Below, piece by piece: positions 19,953-31,314 of a stretch of DNA of 64,000 nucleotides. The DNA is from an uncultured Chloroflexia bacterium. GTDB lineage: Bacteria; Chloroflexota; UBA6077; JACCZL01. The stretch spans positions 192,001 through 256,000 of the forward strand of contig CAVXYC010000030.1 of the NCBI GenBank assembly GCA_963765765.1, given 5' to 3'. The notes below the pieces were generated by a model. That model was given only the letters and a program-made list of their open reading frames with translations. It was not told the DNA's origin and searched no databases. How positions within the stretch are numbered: position 1 is the stretch's first letter; every line of letters starts with the position of its first letter. The translations under genes were made by a program, and so were the position numbers.

Positions 19953-21265
19953 TAACGGTGAACCTCAGCCGGAGATTGCACCTCGCGCACACGGCCGACG
20001 CGCCTGAACCGCGGAAGCAGGCGGGCTGGAAGTCGGCCGTGAAGCTGGATACCCTGCTCAGTGTAGCTCTCATCGATGAGGTAACCCTCGCGCCTGAAGA
20101 GCTCCACCAGGCCGCTGAATTTGAATGGAACGAGGACGTCGACCTCTGGCTGGGCGTTCCCCAGGCGCTCCGCGATCATCTCGCGGAGCCGCTCCACCCC
20201 GTATCCCGACATTGCGGAGATGGCCACCGTATCGTCCGGTAGCGGATCTGGGACGCGATCGAGCATGTCCACCTTATTGAGCACGCGGATCATTGGCGTG
20301 TTTTTAATGCCCAGCTCACGCAAGACATCCTGTACCGCCTGTTGCTGCTGAAGCGCCTGTGGATGCGAGGCATCCACAACATGGAGCAGTAGATCCGCTG
20401 ATTCCAGCTCTTCGAGAGTTGCGCGAAAAGCGGCAATGAGCTGCGTGGGCAGCTTCTGAATGAAGCCCACCGTATCCGCCAGTACAGCGGCGCCTCCACC
20501 GGGCAGCTCGATGCGCCTCGCCGTGGGGTCAAGCGTGGCGAAGAGCACATCGGCAGCCATCACGTCAGCGTTTGTCAGGCGATTCATCAACGTGGATTTG
20601 CCCGCGTTTGTATATCCGACGAGTGCCACCATCGGTGTACCGCCGGCGCGACGTGCACGGATGCGCGAGCGGTGCGCTCGGACTTGCTCGATCTCGCGCT
20701 TCACAACGCCAATCCGATGTCGCAATTGGCGTCGGTCTAGCTCGATCTGAGTCTCGCCAGGACCACCGCGCGTGCCGATGCCACCAATCTGGCGTTCGAG
20801 GTGAGTCCACGCGCCAGCAAGTCGAGGAAGCTGGTATTCAAGCTGAGCCATCTCGACCTGCAGCTTGGCTTCACGCGTGCGCGCTCGCTGGGCGAAGATC
20901 TCAATGATCAACCCAGGTCGGTCCGTCACCGGACACTCAAGCTGCTTCTCCATATTGCGCTGCTGAACTGGACTGAGCTCATCGTCCACAACGACGAGGT
21001 CGTAGTCGAGCTCGGACTTGAGGTCCTGCATCTCCTCAACCTTGCCGCGGCCGAAATAGGTGGCTGGATCAGGTCGATCGCGACGCTGGATCACTCTCCC
21101 CACGGCGACTCCGCCAGCGGTGTCGGAGAGGCGGGCCAGCTCGTCGAGAGACTCATCGGCGTCCCAGGATTCGCGTTCACCCCAGACCAGACCGGCCAGG
21201 AGCGCGCGTCGCGGCGCTTGATATGCGCCCGTATCGTGCAGTGATGTAGTGGTGCGTTCAGTCAA
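19952..21265 (-). CDS. hflX: Ribosome-splitting GTPase HflX
   Basis: IFAQRARTREAKLQVEMAQL, RGGPGETQIELDRR, GYTNAGKST, LFATLDPT, DTVGFI, NKVD. Confidence 0.97.
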   Translation of the reverse strand: MTERTTTSLHDTGAYQAPRRALLAGLVWGERESWDADESLDELARLSDTAGGVAVGRVIQRRDRPDPATYFGRGKVEEMQDLKSELDYDLVVVDDELSPVQQRNMEKQLECPVTDRPGLIIEIFAQRARTREAKLQVEMAQLEYQLPRLAGAWTHLERQIGGIGTRGGPGETQIELDRRQLRHRIGVVKREIEQVRAHRSRIRARRAGGTPMVALVGYTNAGKSTLMNRLTNADVMAADVLFATLDPTARRIELPGGGAAVLADTVGFIQKLPTQLIAAFRATLEELESADLLLHVVDASHPQALQQQQAVQDVLRELGIKNTPMIRVLNKVDMLDRVPDPLPDDTVAISAMSGYGVERLREMIAERLGNAQPEVDVLVPFKFSGLVELFRREGYLIDESYTEQGIQLHGRLPARLLPRFRRVGRVREVQSPAEVHR

Positions 21266-21356
21266 ATTGTGTGTCGTTACCTTTTGAATATTCTACCCGC
21301 CCGGACAGCCAGGCTGTCGTCTGAGGCACTCTGCTTGTGCACGAACGCGGCCATCA

Positions 21357-22162
21357 TCAGGACCGTTGGATGAACTCCAGCACGTGCTCCGCGCACGCGT
21401 CTGGTTCGGCCGCGGCCACATGGTAAGAGTCGCCCGGTAAAACGAGGAGCTCAGAGTTTGGAATTATTGACTGCCATTCCCGCACAACTTCGACTGAGGC
21501 AAGAGCGCTGTTTTCAGTGGTGATAACCAGTGTAGGCGCCTTTATGCGTGGAAGCGCAGCGGAGATGTCAAGCTTGCCGGCCATCTCTGTGATGGCAAGG
21601 GCGACATCGAGATTCGTGCCGGCCATGAAGTCGGTCCACCACTCGAGTTGGGCCTCGGAAGCTCCCGAGCCGAGCCGCGCTCGCTGCGTTTCGGCCGCCC
21701 AGCCTCGACCGCCAATGCGGCGAATCGTGTCGGTAAAGGTGCTCAAGTCGGCGCTTCCGCCGGTGTTGTGTGTTCTAGCTGGTCCACTCACAACGGTGAG
21801 GCTCTTTGCTCGACCGGGATAGTCAGCCGCGAATTGCATGGCCACCGTCCCGCCGATCTTCGCGCCCACCACGTGGGCCGACTGGATCTGGAGTGCATCG
21901 AGGAATCTCGCCATATCGGCCGCCAGCGACTCAGGCGACCATTCGAATTCTCTGAGCCAAGGACGGATTGCCCGAAACCGCGCTGGTCTGGCCGGACGAC
22001 TCGAAACGTGCGAGCGAGATGAGGCACCCAGGCAAACCACGCCTTGCTGGACTCGGCCGCGCCATGAATCAACAGTACCGTCTCAGGAGTATTCCAGGGC
22101 TCGCCGAAGTAGTCATCTTCATAATGGAGTGTTTGATTGGGTGTCAGGCCTACGCTGGACAT
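21357..22162 (-). CDS. Alpha/beta hydrolase fold protein; frameshift near 21965
   Basis: VLLIHGAAES, PDQRGFGQS, HVVGAKIGG (no Ser at the elbow), LPGDSYH. Two ORFs join. Confidence 0.85.
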
Positions 22163-22358
22163 GTCATGCTGCTCCCGTCGATTGCCGCTCCACACGGCCG
22201 ATCTATCTACTGAGCGAAGTTAGCGGGTCGTCGCGGATATCATAGTAGCCCTGGACTCCCGAGTAGGCTCGCGCGAATCCACGTTTCGGTGACGATCACC
22301 CGCATTCCGTGATACAACGCGACACGCTGTCTCGTACGACGACGTGGGAGGTCATTTC

Positions 22359-23581
22359 GTGCTCAATGCTGGTTCAGATTCTCGTTTGACAACTCGAGTG
22401 TCACGACGGAGCATGCTTCGAGCCTGCGTGGGAGTCATGTCCCTTCCGCTGATCGCGGCGTGCAGTCCCAGCGCGGCGCCATCACCGACAAGCGCACCGG
22501 CGGCGCCTCCCAAGCCCGCACCGGCAGCTTCGCCCAGCGGTAGTCCAGCGGCGGCGGCAAGCCCGTCTTCCGCCGCTAGCCCGGCGGCCGCGGTCGCTGC
22601 TAAGCCCGCGGTGCAGGTCGCACCGCTTTCGCCGAGCGTTAAGGTCCAGGTAGGCCTTATTGGCTCGACGTCAGACGCGGGCTTCTATCTTGCCGAGGAG
22701 CGTGGCTATTTCAAGGATGAGGGTCTTGACTGTGAGCTGATGCCGTTTCAGAGCGGTGCAGCCATGGTGACCCCCGCGGCCACCGGCCAGATCGACGTGG
22801 CGACCGGCGCGACGAGCGCAGGTTTGTTCAATTCCATCGCCCGTGACATTCCGCTAAAGATCGTCGCGGATAAGTCCACGAACCGACCCTGGCTTCATAT
22901 TCAGCTCTGTGGTGATTCGCAAGGATCTGGTTGATAGCGGTCAGGTGAAGAGCTGGGCTGACTTGAAGGGTCGGAAATTTGCCGTGGCTGCGCTGGGGAA
23001 TGTTGGCCAGATGTTCGCGGATAAAGCTCTGCGCCGCGGCGGTCTGACCTGGCGCGACGTGGACCTCGTGACTCTCAGCTATCCCGACGCCGGGGCGGCG
23101 TTCGCCAGCAAATCACTGGATGCGAAACGTCGCCATCGAGCCGTTCCGCACACAGTGGCCCGAGCAGGGTCTGGCGGTGATGCTGCCGGACGACGATCAG
23201 ATCTATTCCCCCAACCAGGCATCGGTGGTGATGTACGGGCCGCAGTTCATCCAGAACAAGGGCGAGGCGGCGAAGCGGCTGATGGTGGCCTACCTGCGCG
23301 GCATCCGCGACTACAACGACGCATTCGTCAAGAAGCAGGGTCGCGATGCCGTCATCGAAGTGCTCATCAAACGAACGAGTCTCAAGGAGCGCCCGCTGTA
23401 CGAGAAAATGGGCCTCCCTGGCCTGAACCCGGACGGCGCGGTCATCTTCGATGACCTGGTGGCGCAGCAGCAATGGTTCATGGAGAACGGCTACCAGGAG
23501 AAGGAGGTCGACATGAAGGGCGTCGTGGATAGCCAGTATGTCGACTACGCGATCTCCAGGCTCGGTAAGTACCCAGCGTAA
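22359..23581 (+). CDS. NitT/TauT-family ABC substrate-binding Tat lipoprotein; two frameshifts
   Basis: SRRSMLR twin-Arg, LIAAC lipobox, PAASP linker, ERGYFKDEGLD, DLKGRK, AYLRGIRDY. Three ORFs join. Confidence 0.85.
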
Positions 23582-23615
23582 GCGCCTAACACTGGGGCTT
23601 GGCGACGAGTTGCGC

Positions 23616-23642
23616 GTGCTGGGAGCGCGGCGCTCCCAGCAC
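23616..23642. terminator. 12-bp hairpin between convergent genes
   Basis: gtgctgggagcg-cgg-cgctcccagcac; no U-tract. Confidence 0.55.
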
Positions 23643-23648
23643 CTGGTA

Positions 23649-25409
23649 TCAGCCGTTCTGTGCGCGACGAGCCTTGGTAGCTTCGATGTCTACGTCCAGC
23701 GTGGCTGGTATTAAGACCACGCCATACTCCAGCTCGGCGGCTTCGATAGACACGTACCCCACTCGGACGTCGTGCGCCACGGCGTCGGGATCCCGCTTAA
23801 GGGGGTCACCGAAGCCACCGGCTCCCGAGCCCTCGAAGCGTATCGTGCTGCCGGCTCGGCATCTGATACAGGCCCGCTCCCGGGAGAGTTTCTTCGTCCG
23901 GCGGTGCCCGGATTGCGCACCAGCCTGCCAAGTTGGCCCGGACGGCCGCCCAGCACTCCGCTGCTCGGGAACCGCGTCCGATCGGCTCGGCGATTGATCG
24001 TTGCACCTCGTAGAAGCTCGTACTCTCGTCGATAACACAGTCCGCCTCGAAACTTACCCGCCCCGGTGAGTCCTTGACGAATTCGAATCTCTTGACGCGC
24101 AGGGGGAACGTGTTCTCGAGAATCTCGATAGGCGTGGAGGTCAGATTGGCCGTGTGAACGACGACACCGCTGGCGCCATCGGCGCTACTGTGGCCGCCCA
24201 GACCGGTGCCGAATATCTCGTACTGCAAGAGTGATCGCTCGCCTGCCGAAGCTGGTTCCCAGGTGATCGCCGTGGGACCGCCACTGCCGCCGCTCTGGGC
24301 CACGGCTCGCTCCGTGCAAAGTGGCTGAGCGCATCGAGCATGACGTCCATAAGTCGATAGCTACTGACGATGCCCGCGCCCACGGGTCCGGGGATTCGAG
24401 GATTGACGACGCTTCCTTCGCGGAGCGTGAGCTTTACCGACTCTCGAACTCCGTCATTGAAGCGGAGATCGGGGTCGAGCATGCTGAGGAGGGTGTAATA
24501 CACGCACACCTCCACCCAGGGTGGGCGCATGTTGACGGGCCCAAGCGTCTGGTCGTCACTCCCGGACAGGTCGAAGTGAATAGATTCGCCGTGCTTCGTA
24601 ACTTTGACGTGAAACTTCACGGGCGTTTCGAGCCGCACGCCATCGTTGTCTGTGTATCCCTCAGCCTCAAAGGTCCCGTCGGGCCAGGTCGCGAGCGCAG
24701 CGCGAATGCGCCGCTCGCATAACCGAATGAGCTCATCGAACGCCGCCCGCATGGACGGCAGACCGTACCGCTTCACGAGCTGCGCTACACGCTCTGCGCC
24801 CACCCGCGTGGTGCCAATCTGGGCACGCGTGTCGCCCAGCACAAGGTCCGGGTGGCGTACGTTGACCACCAGGATGTCCTCCAGCTCTTGCCTGTAGACG
24901 CCCGCGTCGTACAGCTTGGTCAGCGGCAGGAGGAATCCCTCTTGATAGAGCTCCGTGGATTTGCTGGTATTGCTGCCGGGTACGGCGCCACCAAAGTCGG
25001 GCTTGTGGGCAATCGTGCAGGAGAACGCCACAAGCTCTCCATCCGCGAACACCGGCACCACTACCGCGAGGTCAGGTGTGTGCGGAACGCTTGCCAGGTA
25101 CGGATGATTTGCAATGATGACGTCGCCCTCGTGAATACCCTCACATCCCCACTTCTCCAGGACAGACTTCACCAGTGGGCGGTACGCGGTTGCATGCACA
25201 AAGTTCGCGGCGTTACTGGTGACAACGCGCCCATGCTCGTCCGTGATCAAAAAAGAGCAGTCGCGCGATTCACGCATCAGTGTCGAATAGGCCGACCGTA
25301 TCAACAGATGGAGCATCTCCTCCATGAGCGCGTCGAGATTGCTACGAAGCATCTCGACGACAACGAGGTCAGCCGAGCCGGTCGTGGGCTGAGTTTGGAT
25401 CTGGGTCAC
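23649..25409 (-). CDS. Hydantoinase B/oxoprolinase family subunit; several frameshifts
   Basis: RSAYSTLMRESRDCS, NHPY...HTPD, HKPDFGGAVPGS, YQEG, TPIEILE, GAGGFGDP. GTG overlaps the subunit A stop. Confidence 0.9.
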
Positions 25410-27493
25410 GCGATTCCTCCGACTTGCTCCAAAAGCAGGTTTCCGTAGGCGTCGATGGCTCCGCTCCAGCCGGGCGGGATCACCGTGGTGGCGTCGAGCT
25501 GCTCCACGATGGCCGGGCCCGACAATCTGTTGCCATAACGTAGTAGCTCTCGTCGCCATATGCCCGCGGACACCGAATTCTCACCGCGCCTGAAGGAAAC
25601 CTGGCGCTCGCTCACCCTTGCTTCCTGGGTCGGTTCAATGGCTGGACCCTCTCCCGCGGGCGCGGGAATAAACTGAGGCACGGCTACCTCCGCGCGAACA
25701 CGGTAACTGACGATCTCCACGGGCTCCTCCTGGGCGGCATGGCCCCTTAGACGCTCGTGAAGCTCGTTGAAGCGATTAGCGATATCCTGCTTTTCCGTTT
25801 CACGCAACTGACCGCCTGAGACCGGTACCCGAATCTCAAAACCCTGGCCTGAGTAGCGCACGTCCGCCTCGCGAACGTAGCTGATTTCGGCGTCCTCGCC
25901 AAAGCCTTCGTCGCGCAGCTCGCTCAATGCGCGCGACTCCATGGCATCGTAGTTTGATTGGATGTGCACGATAGAGAGGTCTCGGAGTAGGCGAACGTTC
26001 GACTGGACGTAATCATGGGCCACGTCGGTACACAGCAGCCCGATGGCACTAAATGCACCCGGGCTTGGTGGTGATAGCACGCGGCGTACGCCCATTTCCT
26101 CGGCCACCGCGGCGGCGTGAACGGCGCCGGCGCCGCCGCCAGCAACAAGGGTAAAGTCGTGCAGCGTGATCGCTCGCTGAGAAGCGAGGACTCGGATTTT
26201 GTCGGCCATGCGTGTGTTGACAATCTGGACCATGGCATGCGCCGCTTGGATGACATCCAGCCCAAGCGGATCGGCGATTTGCTCCTGAATAGCTCGCTCA
26301 GCAGCTGATTTGTTCAACGCCAGGCGACCGCCCAGGAAATAGTCTGGGTTTAAATACCCCAGCGCCAGGTTGGCGTCTGTGACCGTGGGCGTGAGGCCGC
26401 CGCGGCCGTAGCTCACGGGGCCGGGATCGGCGCCGGCGCTCCGTGGGCCTAGGTTCAACGCTCCGGCCGTATCCAGCCATGCTAGCGTGCCCCCGCCCGC
26501 GCCTATGGCGGTGACGTCGAGCATTGGGATGGAGAGCTCGCGACGGTCCACATCGCCCTCGGTCACCTCCAGCGGCTTACACTGCTCGATGAAGGCGATG
26601 TCGCAGCTTGTCCCGCCGATGTCCATGGTGATCAGATTGCCCATGCCTTCGAGCGAGGCAAAGCGGGCTCCGGCCTTCACGCCGCCGGCCGGACCCGAGA
26701 GCAGCGTATGGATCGTCTTTCCGCCCACCAGCACGGCGCTGAACGGCATGACGCCGCCGTTGGACTGCATGAGAAATAGCTGGTCCGTGACCACCCCGTG
26801 GTCACGGAGCTGCCCACGCAGAGAGTCGATGTAGCGCATAAGCAATGGCTCGAGATACGCGTTGAGCAAGGTGCCCGACATGCGCGGCCACTCACGGATG
26901 CGCGGCAAGATCTCGCACGAGGCGGAGACGATTGCGTCGGGGATCTCCTCGAGGATGATCGATTTCGTCCGGAGCTCGTGATCGGGGTTCGCGTACGAGA
27001 ATAGGTAGCACACGGCGACCGAGGTGACGCCCTCGGCTTTTAGAGCGCGTGTGGCTCGCCGAACGGACGCCTCGTCTAGCGACTGCACGACGTTACCCTG
27101 AGCATCCAGACGCTCCCCGATCTCGAACACGAGCTCGAGCGGCGCGAGCGAGTCGGGACGCTGATAGGTGAGATTGGTCAAACTTCCGTATCGAAGACCG
27201 CTCTGCACTTCAGCGATCCCACGTAGGCCCTGGGTGAGCAGTAACCCCACCCGTGCGCCCTTCATCTCGATGAGCGCATTGGTGGTGATCGTTGTGCCGT
27301 GCAGGAATGAGCCGATGGCCTCGCCCGAGACGCCGTGGGTCAGAAGTCGCTCGAGCCCGCTAACGATGCCCCTCGCTGGGTTATCTGGGGTGGTTGGAAC
27401 CTTCTCCACGAGCAATGACCCGGTGTCGGCGTTCAGGACCGCGAAATCCGTAAACGTCCCGCCAACATCGACCCCGACGCGCCAGTGCGCCAT
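25406..27493 (-). CDS. Hydantoinase A/oxoprolinase family subunit
   Basis: GVDVGGTFTD, HGTTITTNAL, SGPAGG, DIGGTSCD, IGAGGG, SAGADPGP. Confidence 0.95.
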   Translation of the reverse strand: MAHWRVGVDVGGTFTDFAVLNADTGSLLVEKVPTTPDNPARGIVSGLERLLTHGVSGEAIGSFLHGTTITTNALIEMKGARVGLLLTQGLRGIAEVQSGLRYGSLTNLTYQRPDSLAPLELVFEIGERLDAQGNVVQSLDEASVRRATRALKAEGVTSVAVCYLFSYANPDHELRTKSIILEEIPDAIVSASCEILPRIREWPRMSGTLLNAYLEPLLMRYIDSLRGQLRDHGVVTDQLFLMQSNGGVMPFSAVLVGGKTIHTLLSGPAGGVKAGARFASLEGMGNLITMDIGGTSCDIAFIEQCKPLEVTEGDVDRRELSIPMLDVTAIGAGGGTLAWLDTAGALNLGPRSAGADPGPVSYGRGGLTPTVTDANLALGYLNPDYFLGGRLALNKSAAERAIQEQIADPLGLDVIQAAHAMVQIVNTRMADKIRVLASQRAITLHDFTLVAGGGAGAVHAAAVAEEMGVRRVLSPPSPGAFSAIGLLCTDVAHDYVQSNVRLLRDLSIVHIQSNYDAMESRALSELRDEGFGEDAEISYVREADVRYSGQGFEIRVPVSGGQLRETEKQDIANRFNELHERLRGHAAQEEPVEIVSYRVRAEVAVPQFIPAPAGEGPAIEPTQEARVSERQVSFRRGENSVSAGIWRRELLRYGNRLSGPAIVEQLDATTVIPPGWSGAIDAYGNLLLEQVGGIA

Positions 27494-27550
27494 GCTATTC
27501 CCTCCAGAACACCCGCTAAATGATTGGTTGACCCAGGGCGCGCGTGCTCG

Positions 27551-28405
27551 CTACCCCGATTTCCATGGGATCAGGCGACGCTCCACGACATTCAGCAGCG
27601 CAGCGCTTCCGAATCCCAGCAGGGCGCTGACCATGAGCCCGACGTACATCTTCTCGACTTGGAATACCTGCCAGCTGTTCCAGATCAGGAATCCAATGCC
27701 ACTCTTGGCGCCGATGATCTCGGCAATAACGATGATGATCAGCGCCACGCCCATCCCCAGCTTGAGGCCGGTAAAAACCATTGGCAGGGCGCCCGGCAAG
27801 GCAACGTCGGTGAACATCATCAGGCGGCTGGCGCCATAGTTCTTCCCCACGTCGAGATAGATACGGTCGATGTTGCGCACGCCCGAGACGGTGTTGATGA
27901 GGACGAGGTAGATGACGGCAGTCGCGATGATGGCGTACTTACTTTCCTCGCCGATCCCAAAGATCATGAGAAACAACGGTGCGATCGCGCTCTTGGGAAT
28001 GGGAAATGTGGCGTCCACCAATGGCTGGATCGCGGCTCGCACCAGGGGATTTAGGCCCATGGCCAGCCCGATGATCACTCCCGGGATCGCGCCCAGGACG
28101 AAACCGACGCCGATGCGTGTAAGACTGATGCTTAGATGAGTCCAGAGCTCGCCGCTCTTGATCATCGGAATGGCAGCTTGAAGTATGATCGTGCTCGGGG
28201 TTGGGAAGAAGCGGGTATCGATGAGACGTACCTGGCCAGCCAGCTCCCAGATGAGAATCAAGATGAGCGGCGAACAGACCGATATGAGCCGCTCGAACGG
28301 GACCCTATGCCATGCTCTGGGGCGTTGCTCGGCCAGTGTGTCGTCCACCGTCGCGGCGCCAACAACATCAGCACCGGTCGCATGAAGCCCGGACTGGGTG
28401 CTCAC
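27551..28405 (-). CDS. NitT/TauT ABC transporter permease
   Basis: FFPTPS, PIPKSAIAPL, YGASR...VALPGALP, GIGFLIW. Confidence 0.95.
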   Translation of the reverse strand: MSTQSGLHATGADVVGAATVDDTLAEQRPRAWHRVPFERLISVCSPLILILIWELAGQVRLIDTRFFPTPSTIILQAAIPMIKSGELWTHLSISLTRIGVGFVLGAIPGVIIGLAMGLNPLVRAAIQPLVDATFPIPKSAIAPLFLMIFGIGEESKYAIIATAVIYLVLINTVSGVRNIDRIYLDVGKNYGASRLMMFTDVALPGALPMVFTGLKLGMGVALIIIVIAEIIGAKSGIGFLIWNSWQVFQVEKMYVGLMVSALLGFGSAALLNVVERRLIPWKSG

Positions 28406-29265
28406 GCCCGAGCCCCCGTCACACTGTGCTCAACGGCCGCGGCGGCCAGCACCTCATCTCGCAGCAGGCCCCACACGCGCCCGAATAGCTCGCCATACTC
28501 CGGGCTGGATTTCACGACCTCCACCTTGCGTGGGCGCCCGAATACGGCGCCTACGTCGAGAATCTCTTTGATGCGGCCCGGCCGGGCGCTCATGATCAGG
28601 ATGCGATCAGCTAGAACGATCGCCTCGTCGATGCTGTGAGTGACGTAAAGCACAGTCTTGCGCGTCTCTTCCCAGATGCGCAGAAGCTCCGCCTGGAGTA
28701 GCAATTTCGTCTGCTCGTCCAGGGCTGCGAATGGCTCATCCATGAGCAGCATCTCGGGATCGTTGGCAAAAGCTCGGGCGATACTGACGCGCTGTTTCAT
28801 GCCGCCCGAGAGCTGGTGCGGTAGGGCGTCCGCGAACCCGTCTAGGCCGACTTTGCTGACAAACGCATCGGCGGCCGCATAGCGCTCGCGCTTCGACTGC
28901 CCGCGCGCCTTCAGGCCAAAGGCGACGTTATCGCGCACATTCATCCACGGGAAGATGCTCTGCTCCTGGAAGACCATGCTATTGAGCGGCCGAGTGCTGC
29001 CAGGATCGCTGGCCACCTCGATACTGCCGCTGCTCTTCGTCTCCAGACCAGCGAGGATCCGCAGCAAGGTGGTCTTGCCACAGCCGCTGGGGCCGACGAT
29101 GCAGAAGAACTCGCCGGCGCGGATGTCCAGGTCCACGCCCGCCAGAGCTTCGACGACCCGGCCGTGGACCTCAAACTGCTTGCGCAAGGAGCGCAGACGA
29201 ATCTTCGGCGCGCCGAGACCCGTCGCGGGAGCCAGCTCGGGTGGAGTTATAGGTACGGCCCCCAT
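28402..29265 (-). CDS. NitT/TauT ABC transporter ATP-binding protein
   Basis: GPSGCGKTT, LSGGMKQR, LLMDEPFAALD, VTHSIDEA. Confidence 0.95.
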   Translation of the reverse strand: MGAVPITPPELAPATGLGAPKIRLRSLRKQFEVHGRVVEALAGVDLDIRAGEFFCIVGPSGCGKTTLLRILAGLETKSSGSIEVASDPGSTRPLNSMVFQEQSIFPWMNVRDNVAFGLKARGQSKRERYAAADAFVSKVGLDGFADALPHQLSGGMKQRVSIARAFANDPEMLLMDEPFAALDEQTKLLLQAELLRIWEETRKTVLYVTHSIDEAIVLADRILIMSARPGRIKEILDVGAVFGRPRKVEVVKSSPEYGELFGRVWGLLRDEVLAAAAVEHSVTGARA

Positions 29266-29352
29266 GCTCGAGCTCCTTTGATCTGACGGGCGGCGTCGTG
29301 CTGGGCATGTTCAGCACCGGCGTCGCCGGCGCTTCTTGCGCGCGATTCTGGG

Positions 29353-30136
29353 CTAGCTAGGCACCAGTACCGGTTCGCGGACCGGCGCAATAGCGTCGAT
29401 GCACATCTTGTGGACGTCGCGCAGACGCTGGACGGTCCGGTCTTCGTCCTCAACTGGCAGGCCCTCGGGCGATAGCTCGAGGACTACGGTGCCCTGGAAG
29501 TCGATGGCTTGAAGACGCTGGATGAACGCGAACGATCGGCAGGACGCCGTCACCCGGGCAAAGATGCTCCCTGGTCTTCTTCTGATCCGAGAGGTGGATG
29601 TGATGAAGGCTCGGGCGCACGATCTCGAGCGCGTCCATGATGTCGATGCTGGCGAGCCCGAAGTGCGCGGTATCGAATGTAGCCCGCTCAAACTTGAGCA
29701 GCTGCTCGGGGCGATGGGTTCGGTGGCGCGGCTGGGTCTTAACGATGCGGAACGGCATGTTCTCCACGGACAGCTCAGCTCGGTGGGTGCTATGGAGCTC
29801 GTCCCAGTGCTGTCGAAGCCATGTTCCGTAACCCTTTCCACGTGACTCGGGGTGCACCACAACTGTTGTGGCGCCGATGCGGTCAGCCAGGTCCATGGTC
29901 TCCCGGATACAGGCGCGGTATCCGTCAGTGCCGCGAAGTGCGCCAAATGGCGAATGCAGGCTGGTCACGGCGATGCCCGTTTCGTTCATGAGCCGCTCGA
30001 GATAGTGGGATTGGCGTGTGTCCCAGCGGTCATCCACAATCACCTCGACCGCGTCAAAGCCAGATCCCCGAGCCATTTCGAAGGCGCGGTTCAGCCCGTA
30101 CGTCCAGACAGAGCCCGTGGAGAGTGTGAACTTCAC
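29353..30136 (-). CDS. Sugar phosphate isomerase/epimerase (xylose isomerase-like TIM barrel); frameshift near 29540
   Basis: GFDAVE, SLHSP, VVVHP, SVENMP, TFDTAH, HIHLSD, EHLCPGDG, then FQGTVVLELSP in the shifted frame. Confidence 0.85.
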
Positions 30137-30140
30137 GAGT

Positions 30141-31088
30141 CTACTTTCGACCGCTCAGAGCAGCCGACTCGAGCTCGATGGGCAGCGGGAACTGTATCGA
30201 CTCCTCAAGGACAATGAGATCATCAACCTCTGTGGCTCCTAGATCACGCAGGCGAGCCACGGCCGCTTCGACGAGATCTTCCGGTGTTGAAGCACCTGAG
30301 CTAATGCCCACCGTATCAACACCATCGAGCCACTCTGGAGCAATATCCTCGGGCGATTCCACAAGCCGCGATTTGCTGCCGGCGCCAAGTGCAACTTCCA
30401 CTAGACGGTTGCTATTGGAGCTGGCGCGCGAGCCAATGACGAGCACGAGATCCGATTGCTCCGCTAATGCCTTCACGGCTGATTGGCGATTGGTGGTGGC
30501 GTAGCAGATGTCCTCTTTTGGCGGTACCTCAAGTGCGGGAAAGCGCTCACGCAATCTATCGAGAATCTGGCGCACGTCGTCAACGGCCAGCGTCGTCTGG
30601 GTCAGGGCCACGACGCGATCAGAATTCGGTACGTCTAAATCTTCCACCTCGTCAGCACCCTCAATAAGCGTGCCATGCTCGGGATGGATCTCGCCCAACG
30701 TTCCGAGCGGCTCAGGGTGGCCGCGATGGCCGATGTAGACGATGAAGTAGCCCCGCTGGGCATAGCGGATAGCTTCCAAATGGACTTTTGTCACGAGCGG
30801 ACAGGTGGCGTCGATGACGGTGAGTCCGCGCGCCACGGCGGCAGCGCGGTCGCTGGGTGGAACGCCGTGCGCGCTGAAGATGAGGACCGCGTCGCTCGGC
30901 GCTTCAGCCACGTCCTCAATGAACACCACTCCACGCGAGCGCAGCCGTTCAACCACGTGGTGGTTATGGATGATCTCATGCTTGACGTAAATCGGTGGAT
31001 TGAAAATCTCGAGCGCGCGATCGACGATCTCGACGGCGCGCGAGACCCCCGCGCAGTAGCCGCGCGGACCAGCTAGGAGTACTCGCAC
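30141..31088 (-). CDS. ispH: 4-hydroxy-3-methylbut-2-enyl diphosphate reductase
   Basis: PRGYCAGV, IIHN, FSAHG, DATCPLVTKVH, GHRGHPE, QTTL, DICYATTNRQ, SSNS, GASTP. Confidence 0.97.
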   Translation of the reverse strand: MRVLLAGPRGYCAGVSRAVEIVDRALEIFNPPIYVKHEIIHNHHVVERLRSRGVVFIEDVAEAPSDAVLIFSAHGVPPSDRAAAVARGLTVIDATCPLVTKVHLEAIRYAQRGYFIVYIGHRGHPEPLGTLGEIHPEHGTLIEGADEVEDLDVPNSDRVVALTQTTLAVDDVRQILDRLRERFPALEVPPKEDICYATTNRQSAVKALAEQSDLVLVIGSRASSNSNRLVEVALGAGSKSRLVESPEDIAPEWLDGVDTVGISSGASTPEDLVEAAVARLRDLGATEVDDLIVLEESIQFPLPIELESAALSGRK

Positions 31089-31094
31089 GAGAAA

Positions 31095-31100
31095 AGTATA
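31095..31100 (-). promoter_or_regulatory. Putative -10 box (TATACT) 6 nt before the ispH GTG; leaderless-type
   Basis: Minus strand reads TATACT-tttctc-GTG with no Shine-Dalgarno. Confidence 0.5.
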
Positions 31101-31314
31101 GCCCGGCAGGCTATCCGGATCGGACGGCCTATGCCCGGCGGACATGTAGCGTGCATTTCGGTAGTCCGTGGAGAAATCCGCGAGCTATGCTTCAGCGTAC
31201 TCTCGGAGGACCGATATCTCGATCGTCCACCCATGGCCCGCATGCTTCTTTGCTTGCTTGCCCCTTTCGCCTGCATGACCGTGGGATGAATCACAGCACT
31301 GGAGGTTGTGTCCA

